From Tubulanus polymorphus (taxonomy: Eukaryota; Animalia; Nemertea): a DNA stretch of 64,000 nucleotides. The position numbers were made by a program, and so were the translations under genes. The stretch covers positions 1,426,001 through 1,490,000 of the forward strand of contig NC_134029.1 of the NCBI RefSeq assembly GCF_964204645.1. Direction: 5' to 3'. Of the stretch, positions 40,213 to 51,900 are shown in pieces. Below the pieces are notes generated by a model. It ran no database searches and was not told the DNA's origin. It saw nothing but the letters and a program-made list of their open reading frames with translations. Every line of letters starts with the position of its first letter. Position 1 is the stretch's first letter.

Positions 40213-42656
40213 TTATTTCTTGTTTTCAGAACAACAAAAGCAATTACAAACGTATTCTACGAAATAAGCGAAAGAACCCCAAATACCGGGCGGGAATACA
40301 GGCGTCAACGACCTTGAATTTTCACCTTCATGCATGAGACTGGTATTAGAAGTGACACTATCAGTCAGAGAGGAACATTCACTCGTTTTTCGTTGGCGTT
40401 TTTTCTTCGTTTTCAAAGGAGTCATTTCGATATCGCTATCGGCTACGAAACCTTCATTTCTCAACACGAAATCGGCGTCAGACACGCACGTTTTCATATC
40501 TTCGCAAAAGAGGGCGCTGTCGGAGTTTATTTCGAGTTCGTTACTTCCGGCGGTGGCTAGTTCGTCGTGCGGGGACATTTCCCGCATCAGGATTCCATCC
40601 TCAGCGCTGATCGTGTATTCATCATCCACGTCATCATCGGCGTAACCTTGATCCGACGGTTCGCGGTCGATTTCAGGACACATCAACAACGGCACCGAAA
40701 CGTCCGGTTCCCGCCCGTCTGCGCCGCTCCGGTCAGATGCATGCTCCTTCTTCGCGGCTCCTTTTATCTCCGTCTCTGGAAGATTTACCCCGCATTCAAC
40801 ACAGGACGCGACATCGGGTAGAACTGTTTTTGACTCGTTTTCACTCGTCGTGTTTGTTAGATTGTCGTCGATATCGTCGTGAACGCTCGATAGAGCCTTC
40901 TGTAGAATTACATCGACGAAACTCTTGGCGAACTGGATCTGACCAGGAATATCAGCGCTGGGAACTATAGGTTCAGTGTCTGAGCTACGCTCTGTCTCGC
41001 AGCGAATCAACTCGGCTTCTTCTAATTGGAATGTCGTAGTTCTATCAGGAATATCATTTACAGTGGAATCGACGCAAGCACTAATATTACTACTACAAAC
41101 CCGCTCCTCACTAGAAATATCATCGCCTTCCTCCTCTACTCGCTCAAGCGAGGATACATCATGCGCGAGGGGAAGTTTGTGTTTAGCGAGAATTATTTCT
41201 ATTTCGTCGTTGCTACAAGGTTCAATTACTGAACTCTTTGATTCGGCGGTTTCTACCGGTGTTTCATAGTTGTCTGCGCGATATTCTTCCGTAACGTCAA
41301 CTTCCAACAGAGCAGCGATATCACCACTACGACTTTCATCAGTAGCGACAGTTTCACGTCCGTCGTTCTCGACTGTCTCTGGCGCCGTGATGACAGAATT
41401 ACGAATTTCTCGCTTTTCTTGCTTATCAGTTTCGGAATTGATTTCGTCGTGATTCAACGCCGCCGTTGTATCGGCGGTGAAATGTTTGAGATTTAGTGAT
41501 ACGATATCGGGCAGGTTTTCGACGAGGGGTCCATTAGTCTCTCGTTGAATAATACCGTGAAATGAGAATTCGGTAAATTTAGTCGCGCGCAGTCGCTCGA
41601 TACAATAGCGATCACAGTCGTCGCATGGCTGCCATCGGGGTCCCGAGTAAGCTCCGTTCATTTCCCTATTTGTCGATAAATTCTCACCTAAATCCCACGA
41701 AACATGATTAGTAATCGTATCTTTAATTCGTCCCTTCGTATCTACAGAGCTTTCTCGCGTTACATCATTACTGTCTCTGCAGTAGGAGGAAAGCTGTTCT
41801 AGGGAATCTCTCAAATGAGTGAACAACTTCGGAACTACGTCAACAGTCGGTGAGATGTCACTGCTAACGTCTGAGGAAGCTTTCGAATCGTCGCTCGTTT
41901 GAGATTCGACCGTCGGGCTAGGCGTCAATAGCAGACGGTTTTGTCTTTCATCCGAATTATTCAGAACGTTCTCGTCGTGAACACGTTCGTTATTCGTATC
42001 GCGAATACATATCTCGACGATCGACGGCTGAGTTGAGACGGGCTCGCCGAATATATCTATCACAGTCGTTTGAGGAAGATCGAAATCGCTTCCTAACTGG
42101 AACTGGTCGTGAGTCGTTTCTAACATCGAGTCCTCTACTGTATTTCCGTCTCGGAGACACCCGTTACTCATCGCAGTATCGGTACTGTCCGCTTCCAGTA
42201 GATCCGGGTCGGAGGTTTGTCGCTCCATTTTGTGTGGTACTTCAATCAGCGATAGAGGAACGTCTTTATGATGTGGTTCTGTGACTGGTATCAGATACTG
42301 CGTGAAATCGTTTGGATCAACGACTCCATCTGAATGCTGATTCGGCGGACTCGATTCTGAATTATTATCACCATCTGCACCGTTGTGTTGTTTATTGGTT
42401 TCTTCTTCAGTTTGATTGGAATTGTTTGAATTAAAACGTCTGCCACACGGCTCACCGTTATGAAACGGTAGATTTCCTTCCATAACGACGTGTTGATGAT
42501 TTCCCTGATGCTCGACCGGTTCCGACTCGTCGTCGTCGCTGAGTAGAAATACTTCATCGTCGCTCTCAATAGTTAGATCCAACCCTTCAGATAGTTCACT
42601 ACTCGACTTCAACTGAAAGCTACCGAGCAGAAAGTACGGAAGCTGCTGACTCGAGC
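40213..42656 (-). CDS. Coding exon 4 (terminal, 2444 nt): long D/E/S/T-rich region with an AKAP-like helix, a basic patch (KTKKKRQRK) and a Cys-rich hydrophobic C-terminus
   Basis: The only long non-repetitive ORF in the window (799 aa in the track, whose 'M' is a TTG). The frame stays open upstream to acceptor ttcattttttgtag|GC at 42656, and phase 1 matches the exon 3 donor. Stop codon TAA at 40213-40215. Confidence 0.92.
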
Positions 42657-42899
42657 CTACAAAAAATGAATGAGTTTTTTCATGAAATTTCTGAGAAAGT
42701 GTATTGACCTTCCTGGTACCGGGGATTCGATGGTATGCAAATAAATTACAGCTTAATGACAGAATTCGTATTTGGCATGTCTTTTACAAACCCACTTGTG
42801 ACACCAGCCGGTAGTGAAACAAGGGGTACGATATCGACAAATTTACATAATTGTTATTCAAATGTTAAATACCATTCCTGCGGAACAAGTATTGATTAC

Positions 42900-43071
42900 C
42901 TTTGTGAACTGGTAATGAATCTAATGCCCACATGATGCTGGGTAGATTCCATTTAGCCAGGTGAAGATGGTGCTGATCGTGAACGTAAGTATTTCTCCTC
43001 GGACATTCACCTCGAGTTATTTTACCGTTTCTCTTGTTCATGACGACCCAGCGCCAGTCGTAAACCGAATG
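42900..43071 (-). CDS. Coding exon 3, C-terminal half of the CBM20-like domain (HSVYDWRWVVMNKRNGKITRGECPRRNTYVHDQHHLHLAKWNLPSIMWALDSLPVHK)
   Basis: Acceptor ggtttatgtttgcag|CAT and donor AAAG|gtaatc; 172 nt (phase 0 in, phase 1 out). Continues the CBM20 pattern (Y/F)K(Y/F)VV…(W)E…R…W. Confidence 0.88.
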
Positions 43072-43352
43072 CTGCAAACATAACCATAATATCTCAACAT
43101 ATTCTACCAACCATCGAGTACAACTTAACTTTACACCAGTAAAGAAGGTTACCGTCAATATAGGTGTCTACATAATGCTTTAAAAATGGTCAAAATTGTA
43201 TAACATCTTAATATCCCCCAACATCTTAACAACATTCACACATTGATAGAATGGTTAAAAATAGATACAAGTGACAGAAACATATAAAGGTCCCTACAGT
43301 GTTCTATGGCTTAAATCATAACTTTTACTATAGATTTTCTCGATCATTTTAC

Positions 43353-43630
43353 CTTCGGTAAACAGCAAACAGCGAACCACCAACCATCACCGGGAGGAAG
43401 CTCAACTGCCCGCAAAGCATTCGATCTATCCCTCGAGCCGAGCGGTGGGGCTGAGCCGATAACTGCTGGATTCTCACCAGCCAGGGCCACATGTTGAGTT
43501 AGGAAGACTACGAGTATTTGACCCAGTTCTGACGCCTTCTGTAGAGCGAATTCGGTAACACCAATCTGAGACAAGGCCCAGCCTAGTTTTTCGCGTTCTT
43601 TGTCCCATTTTCGGATCTCGTTGGATGGCT
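43353..43630 (-). CDS. Coding exon 2, N-terminal half of the CBM20-like domain (…ILVVFLTQHVALAGENPAVIGSAPPLGSRDRSNALRAVELPPGDGWWFAVCCLPK)
   Basis: Acceptor cgtttttgtcttccacag|AG and donor CCGAAG|gtaaaa; 278 nt (phase 1 in, phase 0 out). Matches the CBM20 pattern V-x-F…GE-x-x-x-V-x-GS-x-x-x-LG-x-(W)-D-x-x-x-A-L…W…LP. Confidence 0.88.
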
Positions 43631-43730
43631 CTGTGGAAGACAAAAACGAAAGTGATGATAACTCCATATTTTTATAGCCTTTTGTTCAAGAATGGCTCGG
43701 GTCTTCCGGGATATCTTAATCAATGGACCC

Positions 43731-43797
43731 GGGGACCGTTTCACGAGAACGCCTATCGTAGCGAATGAAACTAAAGATCTCTCTATGAAACGGCCCC
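43731..43797. mobile_element. Small MITE with TIR ggg(g/a)ccgtttca (PIF/Harbinger-like ends) in intron 1 of the gene
   Basis: ggggaccgtttcacgaga…tctctatgaaacggcccc. Relatives lie at 60317-60400 and 13540-13612. Confidence 0.65.
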
Positions 43798-45077
43798 GCT
43801 GATTTTTAAGGGACAGCGTTGACTAGATGATGAAATATGGCCGATACTACTGCACTGCTTAGAAAATGAAATTAGCCAAACTGTCGCTCGTCGACTGACA
43901 ATGAACGACAAAGTTATGGAATAATCGCGTATGCGGCCATAAAACCAGGCAGCAAATATACGGAACGGGTCGATCGGATACCGAGGAAGGACAGTACTAT
44001 GATTGATAGCTCTGTTCAAATCATGTCAGCATAAATTAACCTTTTGCCGTATCAATTGATTTCTATGCTTCACGCATGTCGCTCATATTTGAGCTCCTCG
44101 CGGAATGTGTAGGAGGGTATATATGCTTCTCATAAAATAGATTGGTTTTCTACTTCGATCCCGTTTGTACTGCGTCCTTGACCGGATACTCGACGCACAA
44201 AGAGAAGAAAGGATAGGTCTATCAATTTTTGTTGTTAATTTCCGAAATTGTTCTAACGAATTTTACGATACGTTTTTTCAACTGTATTATATTTCTCGAC
44301 GAGTTTCTAGAGGAAATTAGCTTCGACGTGGGAAATAACGTGGTGCGTTTTCTGTTCGTTTCCCGGAGGAATATCAAATTTCGCAGCTTAAAAAAACAGC
44401 GTTTACAACCAGTTAAAACGTTTTAACATTCAATAATTAACTGCTTTAAACTAAAACTTCAATACAATTGCATCGTTTTGTGTCATATCGTTTTTAGTGT
44501 TTCAGAAAACCTACGAATAAGGCGATTTTTCACAAAGATTCCATGAGTCAATTTTACGGTATTTTTCAACTACTGTATTGTCGTTTTCACTCGAAAAATA
44601 ACCATACAATTTCAAGTCTAATTTGATTCACTGAAGTTTCTAGAGATTCACTACAGTGTGCGTATATCTGAAATAAGAGCTATCATACCTACAGACGGTT
44701 GCGCAATCAGTCAAGGGTAGAATCTGAACTAGCTTTCAGCGCGATCGGTTATTCGCTCGTTAGAGTTAAGAATATTTCGGTAACATACGCAACGTGTTTA
44801 TAGCAGAGTTCAGTAGACAACATAGTTCTTTACCTATTATATATACTGAATATACTTATTGAACTCGAAGTGTGCATTTACTCATTTCATTTCATTAGCA
44901 TTCTCGTGCCAAAATAAAGTTTTTCGGAGAAGGAATTTTTATTCAGATTCTATTCATCTCGCTAATGCGCCCTGTTTCTTTACTATAGAATTATTTCATC
45001 TAAAGATCAATAGAAGTTATTTACATCACCGATATCTCAGGTTTTTTATAAGCTATTGTAGTTTATATATAGTTTAC

Positions 45078-45216
45078 CTTTGAATGTGTTCACATCGCTG
45101 GCATTGATCCATCTTTGAAATGGTACAGCTCCGCTGTTTATCGGGTAATATTTCATAGGCGGCGACAAGAGACCATTTTCCCCCTCGTCCTGATTATCGT
45201 CCCCAACTTGGGACAT
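45078..45216 (-). CDS. Coding exon 1 (start codon) of a ~1010-aa CBM20-like/acidic/AKAP-helix protein: MSQVGDDNQDEGENGLLSPPMKYYPINSGAVPFQRWINASDVNTFK
   Basis: The minus strand reads acceptor ...ttctattttcag|TGA ATG TCC..., with an in-frame TGA immediately before the ATG. It is open for 139 nt and ends AAAG|gtaaac (phase 1), matching the phase of the next exon. Confidence 0.75.
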
Positions 45217-48200
45217 TCACTGAAAATAGAAACCGCACAGACAAACATGTGTCATAGTTGAGTTTGATTAGACCAAATAAACCTCTATCAAATCTATATC
45301 ACTCAAATAAAGCAACATATTTCCATGTGACACATATTTGCTTAAATTTAGGAATTAGTAGAATAAATAGACTGCGTTGATACAAAGACAGTTAAAAGAA
45401 TTGTCGTGAGCTCCGTTCCGCTACCTTGAGGAAATTTAGTGGTTCTACGAGTAGATTTGAAATAACTAAGGTGTCTATCACGAGTAAATCCTGCTTTTAG
45501 ATTTGAGATAACTTGACGTGAAGGTGCAGATGAATTTTCCCTTTTTGAGTACGACTGCAAAAATAAAAGGCTACCAAAATATAACTTTCCAAAAGCGATT
45601 ATTGAACTCTGTATACTGGTACCAGAAATCAAGGGATAGAATCCCGAGGTCTGAAGGAATCATTATCACCTCATTCAATATTGAGACATAGTTTGCGTTG
45701 ATCGAGCGAAAAAACCTACGCGTTATTGTACGGTTTGTACGGTTTTTATATCGAGTGACGATCTCCGAAGAGGTCAAGGCCGTAAAATTGATCCGACCGT
45801 AATCAAAAAATCAATCTTCCGCATAAATCATGAGATTTTTCTCGCAGACGATCAGACGTTTATTCAATGCTGTAGTGGCGTTCAGCCAGCTTCCTTCATG
45901 CTGAACATGCAACGATCTTACAGTTCGAACCTCCAAATCTTTGAATATTTCGATTGAATATTATGTGATGCAATTTTGTGATTTGTGTAACTATTTAATG
46001 CGGTAAATAATGTTTATCTATATTGATACTTAGTAAGAGTTCTGTGTGAGTCTGTGCACTACGTCATCGACATTGGCGTTTCAAAATAACGACTACAATG
46101 AATTTTGGCGGTTTTTTGCAATTGAAGTATTTGTATAGCTGTTATTCTATTTTTGATAAATCTTAATAATTACATTTGAGAGGATGTGCATTACATCATC
46201 AATATCGGTGCTAGACTGGTTGCCGGTCAATTCAATTCAATCATCGATATATTCAAATCCAAAATAACTTTATTGATCCTTAATATTATAGATGTGTGAT
46301 ATAGTATTCATTCGCGGTCTAGAGGAGATAAACTCGGTGATGACCGCTGAAGATAACAGTGAAACTGTATGCATGAAATCATGCTGTTCATTTCACTCGA
46401 TACCGTTCATTAGCCGTTCATTAGCGTTGCCTTCACTATCGCTCCCTTGCTGTTAATTGATATGATTTATATATATGTAACTTCTCTGACCGCTCTCTAA
46501 CCACAGTAATAAACACAGTAACTCGAATTTAATTCAATCAACCCCCCTTCAATTTTACATCAGAGTTTACAGTTATATTGATGTTATGTACGGACGTCAT
46601 CTACGTACATATTGTCCACTCGCGTCATATTGGACACATCGAATGACAGTGTGAACCTTTTACTTCAGTAAGTTGCTTAAGTTTTACGTCCAAAATGACG
46701 CGCTATGACATCAGACATATTGTTTCTATAGACCTTGTCCACGTGACGTCACAACGTTTAGTAGTAATATTGGCCGTCAAGCGCAAGCGGCTAAAACTGA
46801 AGTCGAAAATCTGCGTAGACGGCCATTTGACGGCCAATATGACGAAAAATAAAATGTGACGCCTGAAGATGAAATATATAGAAATGCGATATGAAATAAT
46901 AAAGAGTTTTTGGTGATTGCCGATATCTGACCAAAACCACTCCCTGTCAACGATCAATTCTCATACAGTGATTTCACACATTTTTTCCGACGTTGATATC
47001 ATTTATTCCGTTATTGTCAGAATATAATCAATAAGAGCCTCTATTTCGCGTGACCTCGAATGAATAAATCTCGTTTAGTTCGTGTTTATTCAACGCTCCA
47101 GTAGTGCTGATAATAAACCACGTAATGGCGTGTAGAACACGCGCACCTGTTCAATCTGTCCGTACATTGTATCCGAATCTTTAGATTTTTCGGCGAGAAA
47201 TATTGCCATGGTAACATAATTAGAAGGCGCGAAATCGCTTCGAGATACACTTGATATGAGGTAGTTTTTTCCTATCGACTCGTTGAGACTTACACGCTTT
47301 TTTTTCTGACATTGAGTTAAATGTAGTAATGTCGTTTTTACCTTGAAATAGCGAGATTATATGCCTCTTATTCATTTGATTGATTTGACCTGAATTAAGC
47401 CTTATTTTGACATGTTGCTTACATCCGCGGGGAGCGGAACATGGACGGGGTTTGATTTTGAAATCGGAAAGTACAGATTAAGTCGGAAGATCGGTAAAAT
47501 TTACAGAATTTTTGAAGTCATCGTAAATTTTGCAGTAAATTCGTAGATCAACGAAATGATTTCCTCGATTGATGAAATCTGTTTTAACGGTTGATTTATG
47601 AAGTATTTGTGAATATTTACCTGATGATTATCGTTATCCGTTTTCATTCACTAAATGAATAAAGGCACTGGCGAAATTTACAGATTGTCAAGCGGTAGTA
47701 GAATATGCTGCTCTTCTGACATCGTCACTAAACCATCATCTAATTGATCATTGTCTTCTCACTTCTATCTCTGTCTCTCTGTAAGATACAGAAAAAGAAA
47801 TGCGTCTTCATATTTTGCTTGTCTCACAACGACCTTTCTGAAGCCGGGATCGCTTTTACTGTGACGTCACAGCTTTCCGACATGCGTATGAAACTGATTC
47901 ATTGAATGAGATTCGATTTCACCAGAGATTTTCATAATAATTGGCGGAACAAGGTTTTCACTGCGTCTTATTATAGAAAAACAAAGCATCATCAATTCTA
48001 AACCGTGTTATATCTCGACGCGCAATGTTAGAGACATCAGTCGAGATGAAACCTCGTCAGAATACTCTCTATCCTTACAAGCTGATAAAGCGTTATTAAT
48101 AGTGTGTGCTTAGCTCAAGATGGCCCATTCTAGTTATACATACAATGTCCCCAAGATACTGAGCTCTTTCTTGCTATCTGCAATATATTAACGCACATAT

Positions 48201-48656
48201 AGCCTACAATTAGTGTGGTATAATATAGATTGATTTAGCTTGTTTTTTTCTAAGGGTTACTTAAGGAAAATTTGAGCGTGTAATGGTGAAATTAACGAAA
48301 GCCATTAGTCGCGGGAATAATAACTAACAACGTTTTAAAAGCTTAAGTGCGCCCAAAGGGAATTTGCTATGAATTTGTACATAAAGTATATGTGATTAAG
48401 GCGACGAGATACTCGTATACGACTGGCCTTTACGTGCATCTGATACGTGACCTGAAGAATGATATCAATTGTAAATCTGAGTTGTTTGCAGTGAATATAA
48501 AAAGAATAATTCTTATCAATCCAATTGATTTTTGATACAGCTATTGCAGTTTGAACCCGTGGTCGTCCCGACTCAGTAGCGGTCCATTATCATTTCATCT
48601 ACCCACAGTCTGTGATATAGCGAACATATCAAGACGGCAAACAAACCTTCCACAGA

Positions 48657-48995
48657 CATCCTCCCTCTGCAGGGACTCGAACCTGATGGCATCGCTACAC
48701 TCAGCCACGGCACGAACCCCTGCATCAGTAGACCGGGTGCGCAGGTACATGCGCAGCTTTCCGAACGAAAACTGGCGGCACCAATCAGATTGCTCGTTGT
48801 ATAATCGTTGAGGCAAATTTCAAAGAAGAACTATAAATGGGAAAACCCGGGCTAAAATAAAACGGGATTTCTGATTGGCTAAAAATCACATCATCTGAAC
48901 TGCGCGTGTATCTGCGCACACGGTCGATTATGGCAGGGTTTCGTGCCGTGGCAATCTCGATGCCATCAGGTTCGAATCCCTGCCGGGGGAGGATG
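48657..48995. mobile_element. Second copy of the 339-bp MITE, 8-bp TSD tccacaga
   Basis: About 7 substitutions versus 24172-24510 by eye. tccacaga directly flanks both ends. Confidence 0.9.
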
Positions 48996-51900
48996 TCCAC
49001 AGACCACTCGTGCGCAATCTTTAGAATGACCAAGTCGGTCAGTTTTGGATCTTTCTGGTGCAAACCAGACAAAAGGTCACGTTATAGAATGTCTAGCAAC
49101 TTTACTCCGAGGACTGTGCTCAGCACGAAAATCTTACAATGAAACGGCCCATAGAATTCATCTTTTTTTTTCCTAGGAGATAATCGATTACAGAAACTAT
49201 GTATACCGTACATACGTGAAACGTATATACACGTGTATCTTAGGAAGTAATTACTTGTAAATGTCCACATCCAGTTAATTGAATGATCACAGATTTATCC
49301 TGGATTTTCTTTCACCGAGCGGCTGTCTCAATTTCGTAAATAATTGATACATTAAATCGGTTCTGTCATCGGTCGATACCAGATATTGATTAATCGCCAT
49401 TTTCCAATATCGTACATACTAAATAATAATGTGATATATCATATCGGCAATCGACGACAAAAAAACGAAAATGTTCTCATTCTGTTCATGTTGATTTTGC
49501 CTGTTGCCTTTTAGCAGTAAACGTCACGTTGTTGTAAATAAGTATTTCCATAGATTCATCTTTTCTTATTTTTCTGCGATGAAAAGGGCAAACCTTGGTG
49601 AAAATGACAAAGCGTCAACATGGATGTCACCTTCACAAGTTCTGGAGGTGGTTGTATAAACAGTGCAGTACGAAGCTCATCCTGTATCATGCGTCACCAT
49701 GATCAGTAAAAATGGGTTGATTCGTAGGATTCGAGCACTGATGGTGCGAAGTGATCCCGGGTGATCCAGCGAAAAGGGATTTGCGAGCTCTCGGCCCCAG
49801 AGAAACATTGAAAATTTGGTGCCACCGGGGCCGGGGTGCCGCAGAAGGTAAACTACAGAACCTCTGTAATGCACCACACTCTAGCGGCTAATTCGTAAAG
49901 AAAATGGTGCATCGTCGTGCATGAGACAAGCCGGCACTTCTATTTCGAAAAGGGGGTCTTCGCACCGACCAGAGCCAGTGTTGCAAAAGTCGTAGTGAAA
50001 TACTAAGCTAATGCTCGTCAAATAAATCATCTGCGAAGCGAATTCAAGTAGAAATTCATTTCCTACGTACGCCGAAGAAGCTATAATGGAGAAGTTAAGA
50101 AAATGGCAAAGATGGATACATTGACTCTTCTAGAAAAACACCGTTAGAGGAAACGACAGCTCTTCTAGAAAAACACCGTTAGTAGCGATGAGAATTCTGT
50201 ATAACGATCACGAATGCTCGGATTCCAATTATTCCAAAATTGCAAAAACATTGTTTTAGAGCAAAAACCGAATGTAAGGCATACACGTTTATGGTGCTAA
50301 ATCATTCGTAATTCCCCAGGCGCAGTATTAAAAGTGAATCAGCCAGCAGCCTACTCCCACGCGCCTGATAGCTGTATCCGCAGTGTACTGAGAGACAATC
50401 CATCAGGAATACTGTATTCGTCTGCAATACGATGCTGGAAAATCAATCGATCAGTTTGAGTATTACAACAATCCGAAGCGATAGAAACCGTTGCTACTTA
50501 AAATCGTAGCTATCACCGCCGCAGTATCGCAGCAACTTCCGTTTGATATCACTGTCCTGGAAATGGACGCATTGGGAGGCATCAAATGTCGAATTGTCAT
50601 GTTCATCCGTTCAAATTTTTGCAGATATTGTTTCTCAAATCCTATGTTGCAAATACTTAATCAATTCAAACGATTTCAACGTAAGCGAAAATTATGAAAA
50701 ATGTGGTTAGAAATTAACGTAGACATAATTCTCCTGTAAGAGTCCAGAATCAGCCAGAAGAGAAGTCAAGAAGAGGAAAACCCACCGATGAAAAACAAAT
50801 ATGAGGCCTACGAACGGAAAATAACTTCAACATCACGAGTATGTAAACAAAGACATGTTTTCTTGTAGAACATGTTTTTTCTGCGATTTACAGAAGTCGG
50901 TGCCTGGAACACGATGCGTCATCTTTATACAAATATCATCAGTCAAAATAATCATATATAGGCCTACCAGCCTGTAACTATAGTATTACATAGAAATCAT
51001 CGAATCGCCCGGAGGTTTTTGGTAATGTAAGATTAATCCTTATTCGATTCTCGAAGATATTGATGAAATAAAAAAAAACATATGCAAAACAATACATGAA
51101 AGAATGGAGTCGAATGGCCTTGATTCACCTTGTTGTTGACACCGACATTTACCAAGCCTGGTTCAGGTTATTTAGACGTATCACAAATACGTGAGCACTT
51201 ACACGCACTATTCACCTTGGAATGGTGACCTGCCGCCATGTTCTTCGCGTAGATAGAAACGACGCAAAATACACAACATCAACATAACATAACCAGCAGC
51301 AGCATCATCACAACGACACTGGCTCGCAAACAGAGAGGTTTTAGACAGAAAAACAATCCTATTTGGAATATATCAATTGAGAATTAATTAGACATGTACA
51401 AACCTGTCGTCGGTTCATTCACCGGAATCCATCATAATAAAGAACAGTAGCAGAATCTCTAAAGAGCAGCCTCTGCACCTCAATACTACATGCTGCCGTC
51501 AGTGTGTGTGTTGGTGTAGCCGGCTGCTAGCTCTAGACGGCGCAACTGATGACTGATTAATCTACATTAGAATACTACGTGACACAACGCAAATAATCAT
51601 TATATAAATCTCTATTGAATCCAACATTAAAATGTTATATATTTCCTCTATTTCATAAATAATGGTGTTTATGAATACAGCTGTATGATATGTATGGGTT
51701 TGATATGCGACGGAAGGGAAATCTACTTTTTTAATCGGGTGAATAAGTAGAGCAGTTTTATTCCTGTAGAGTTGTCTAGCCACAAATTATTTACGACCTG
51801 GATATACTTAACATGCACGCTATAATAAAACGTCAAATCGAAAGATTAGAAATATTGAAAGAATTCATCTGCAAATGAGTTGTTTTATTCAAGAATTGCA

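Noticed and set aside
40213-42612. Single-exon 799-aa gene starting at the track's 'M'
   Set aside because: That codon is TTG, and the frame continues to a splice acceptor at 42656 in phase with upstream exons.
42900-45216. Naming the gene STBD1, EPM2A (laforin) or GPCPD1
   Set aside because: There is no phosphatase or GDPD domain, no N-terminal transmembrane segment, and the CBM20 position differs from STBD1. Orthology is unsupported, so no symbol is assigned.
50124-50182. Direct repeat ctcttctagaaaaacaccgttag x2 with a 13-nt spacer
   Set aside because: A simple local 36-bp-period duplication with only two copies; not an array.
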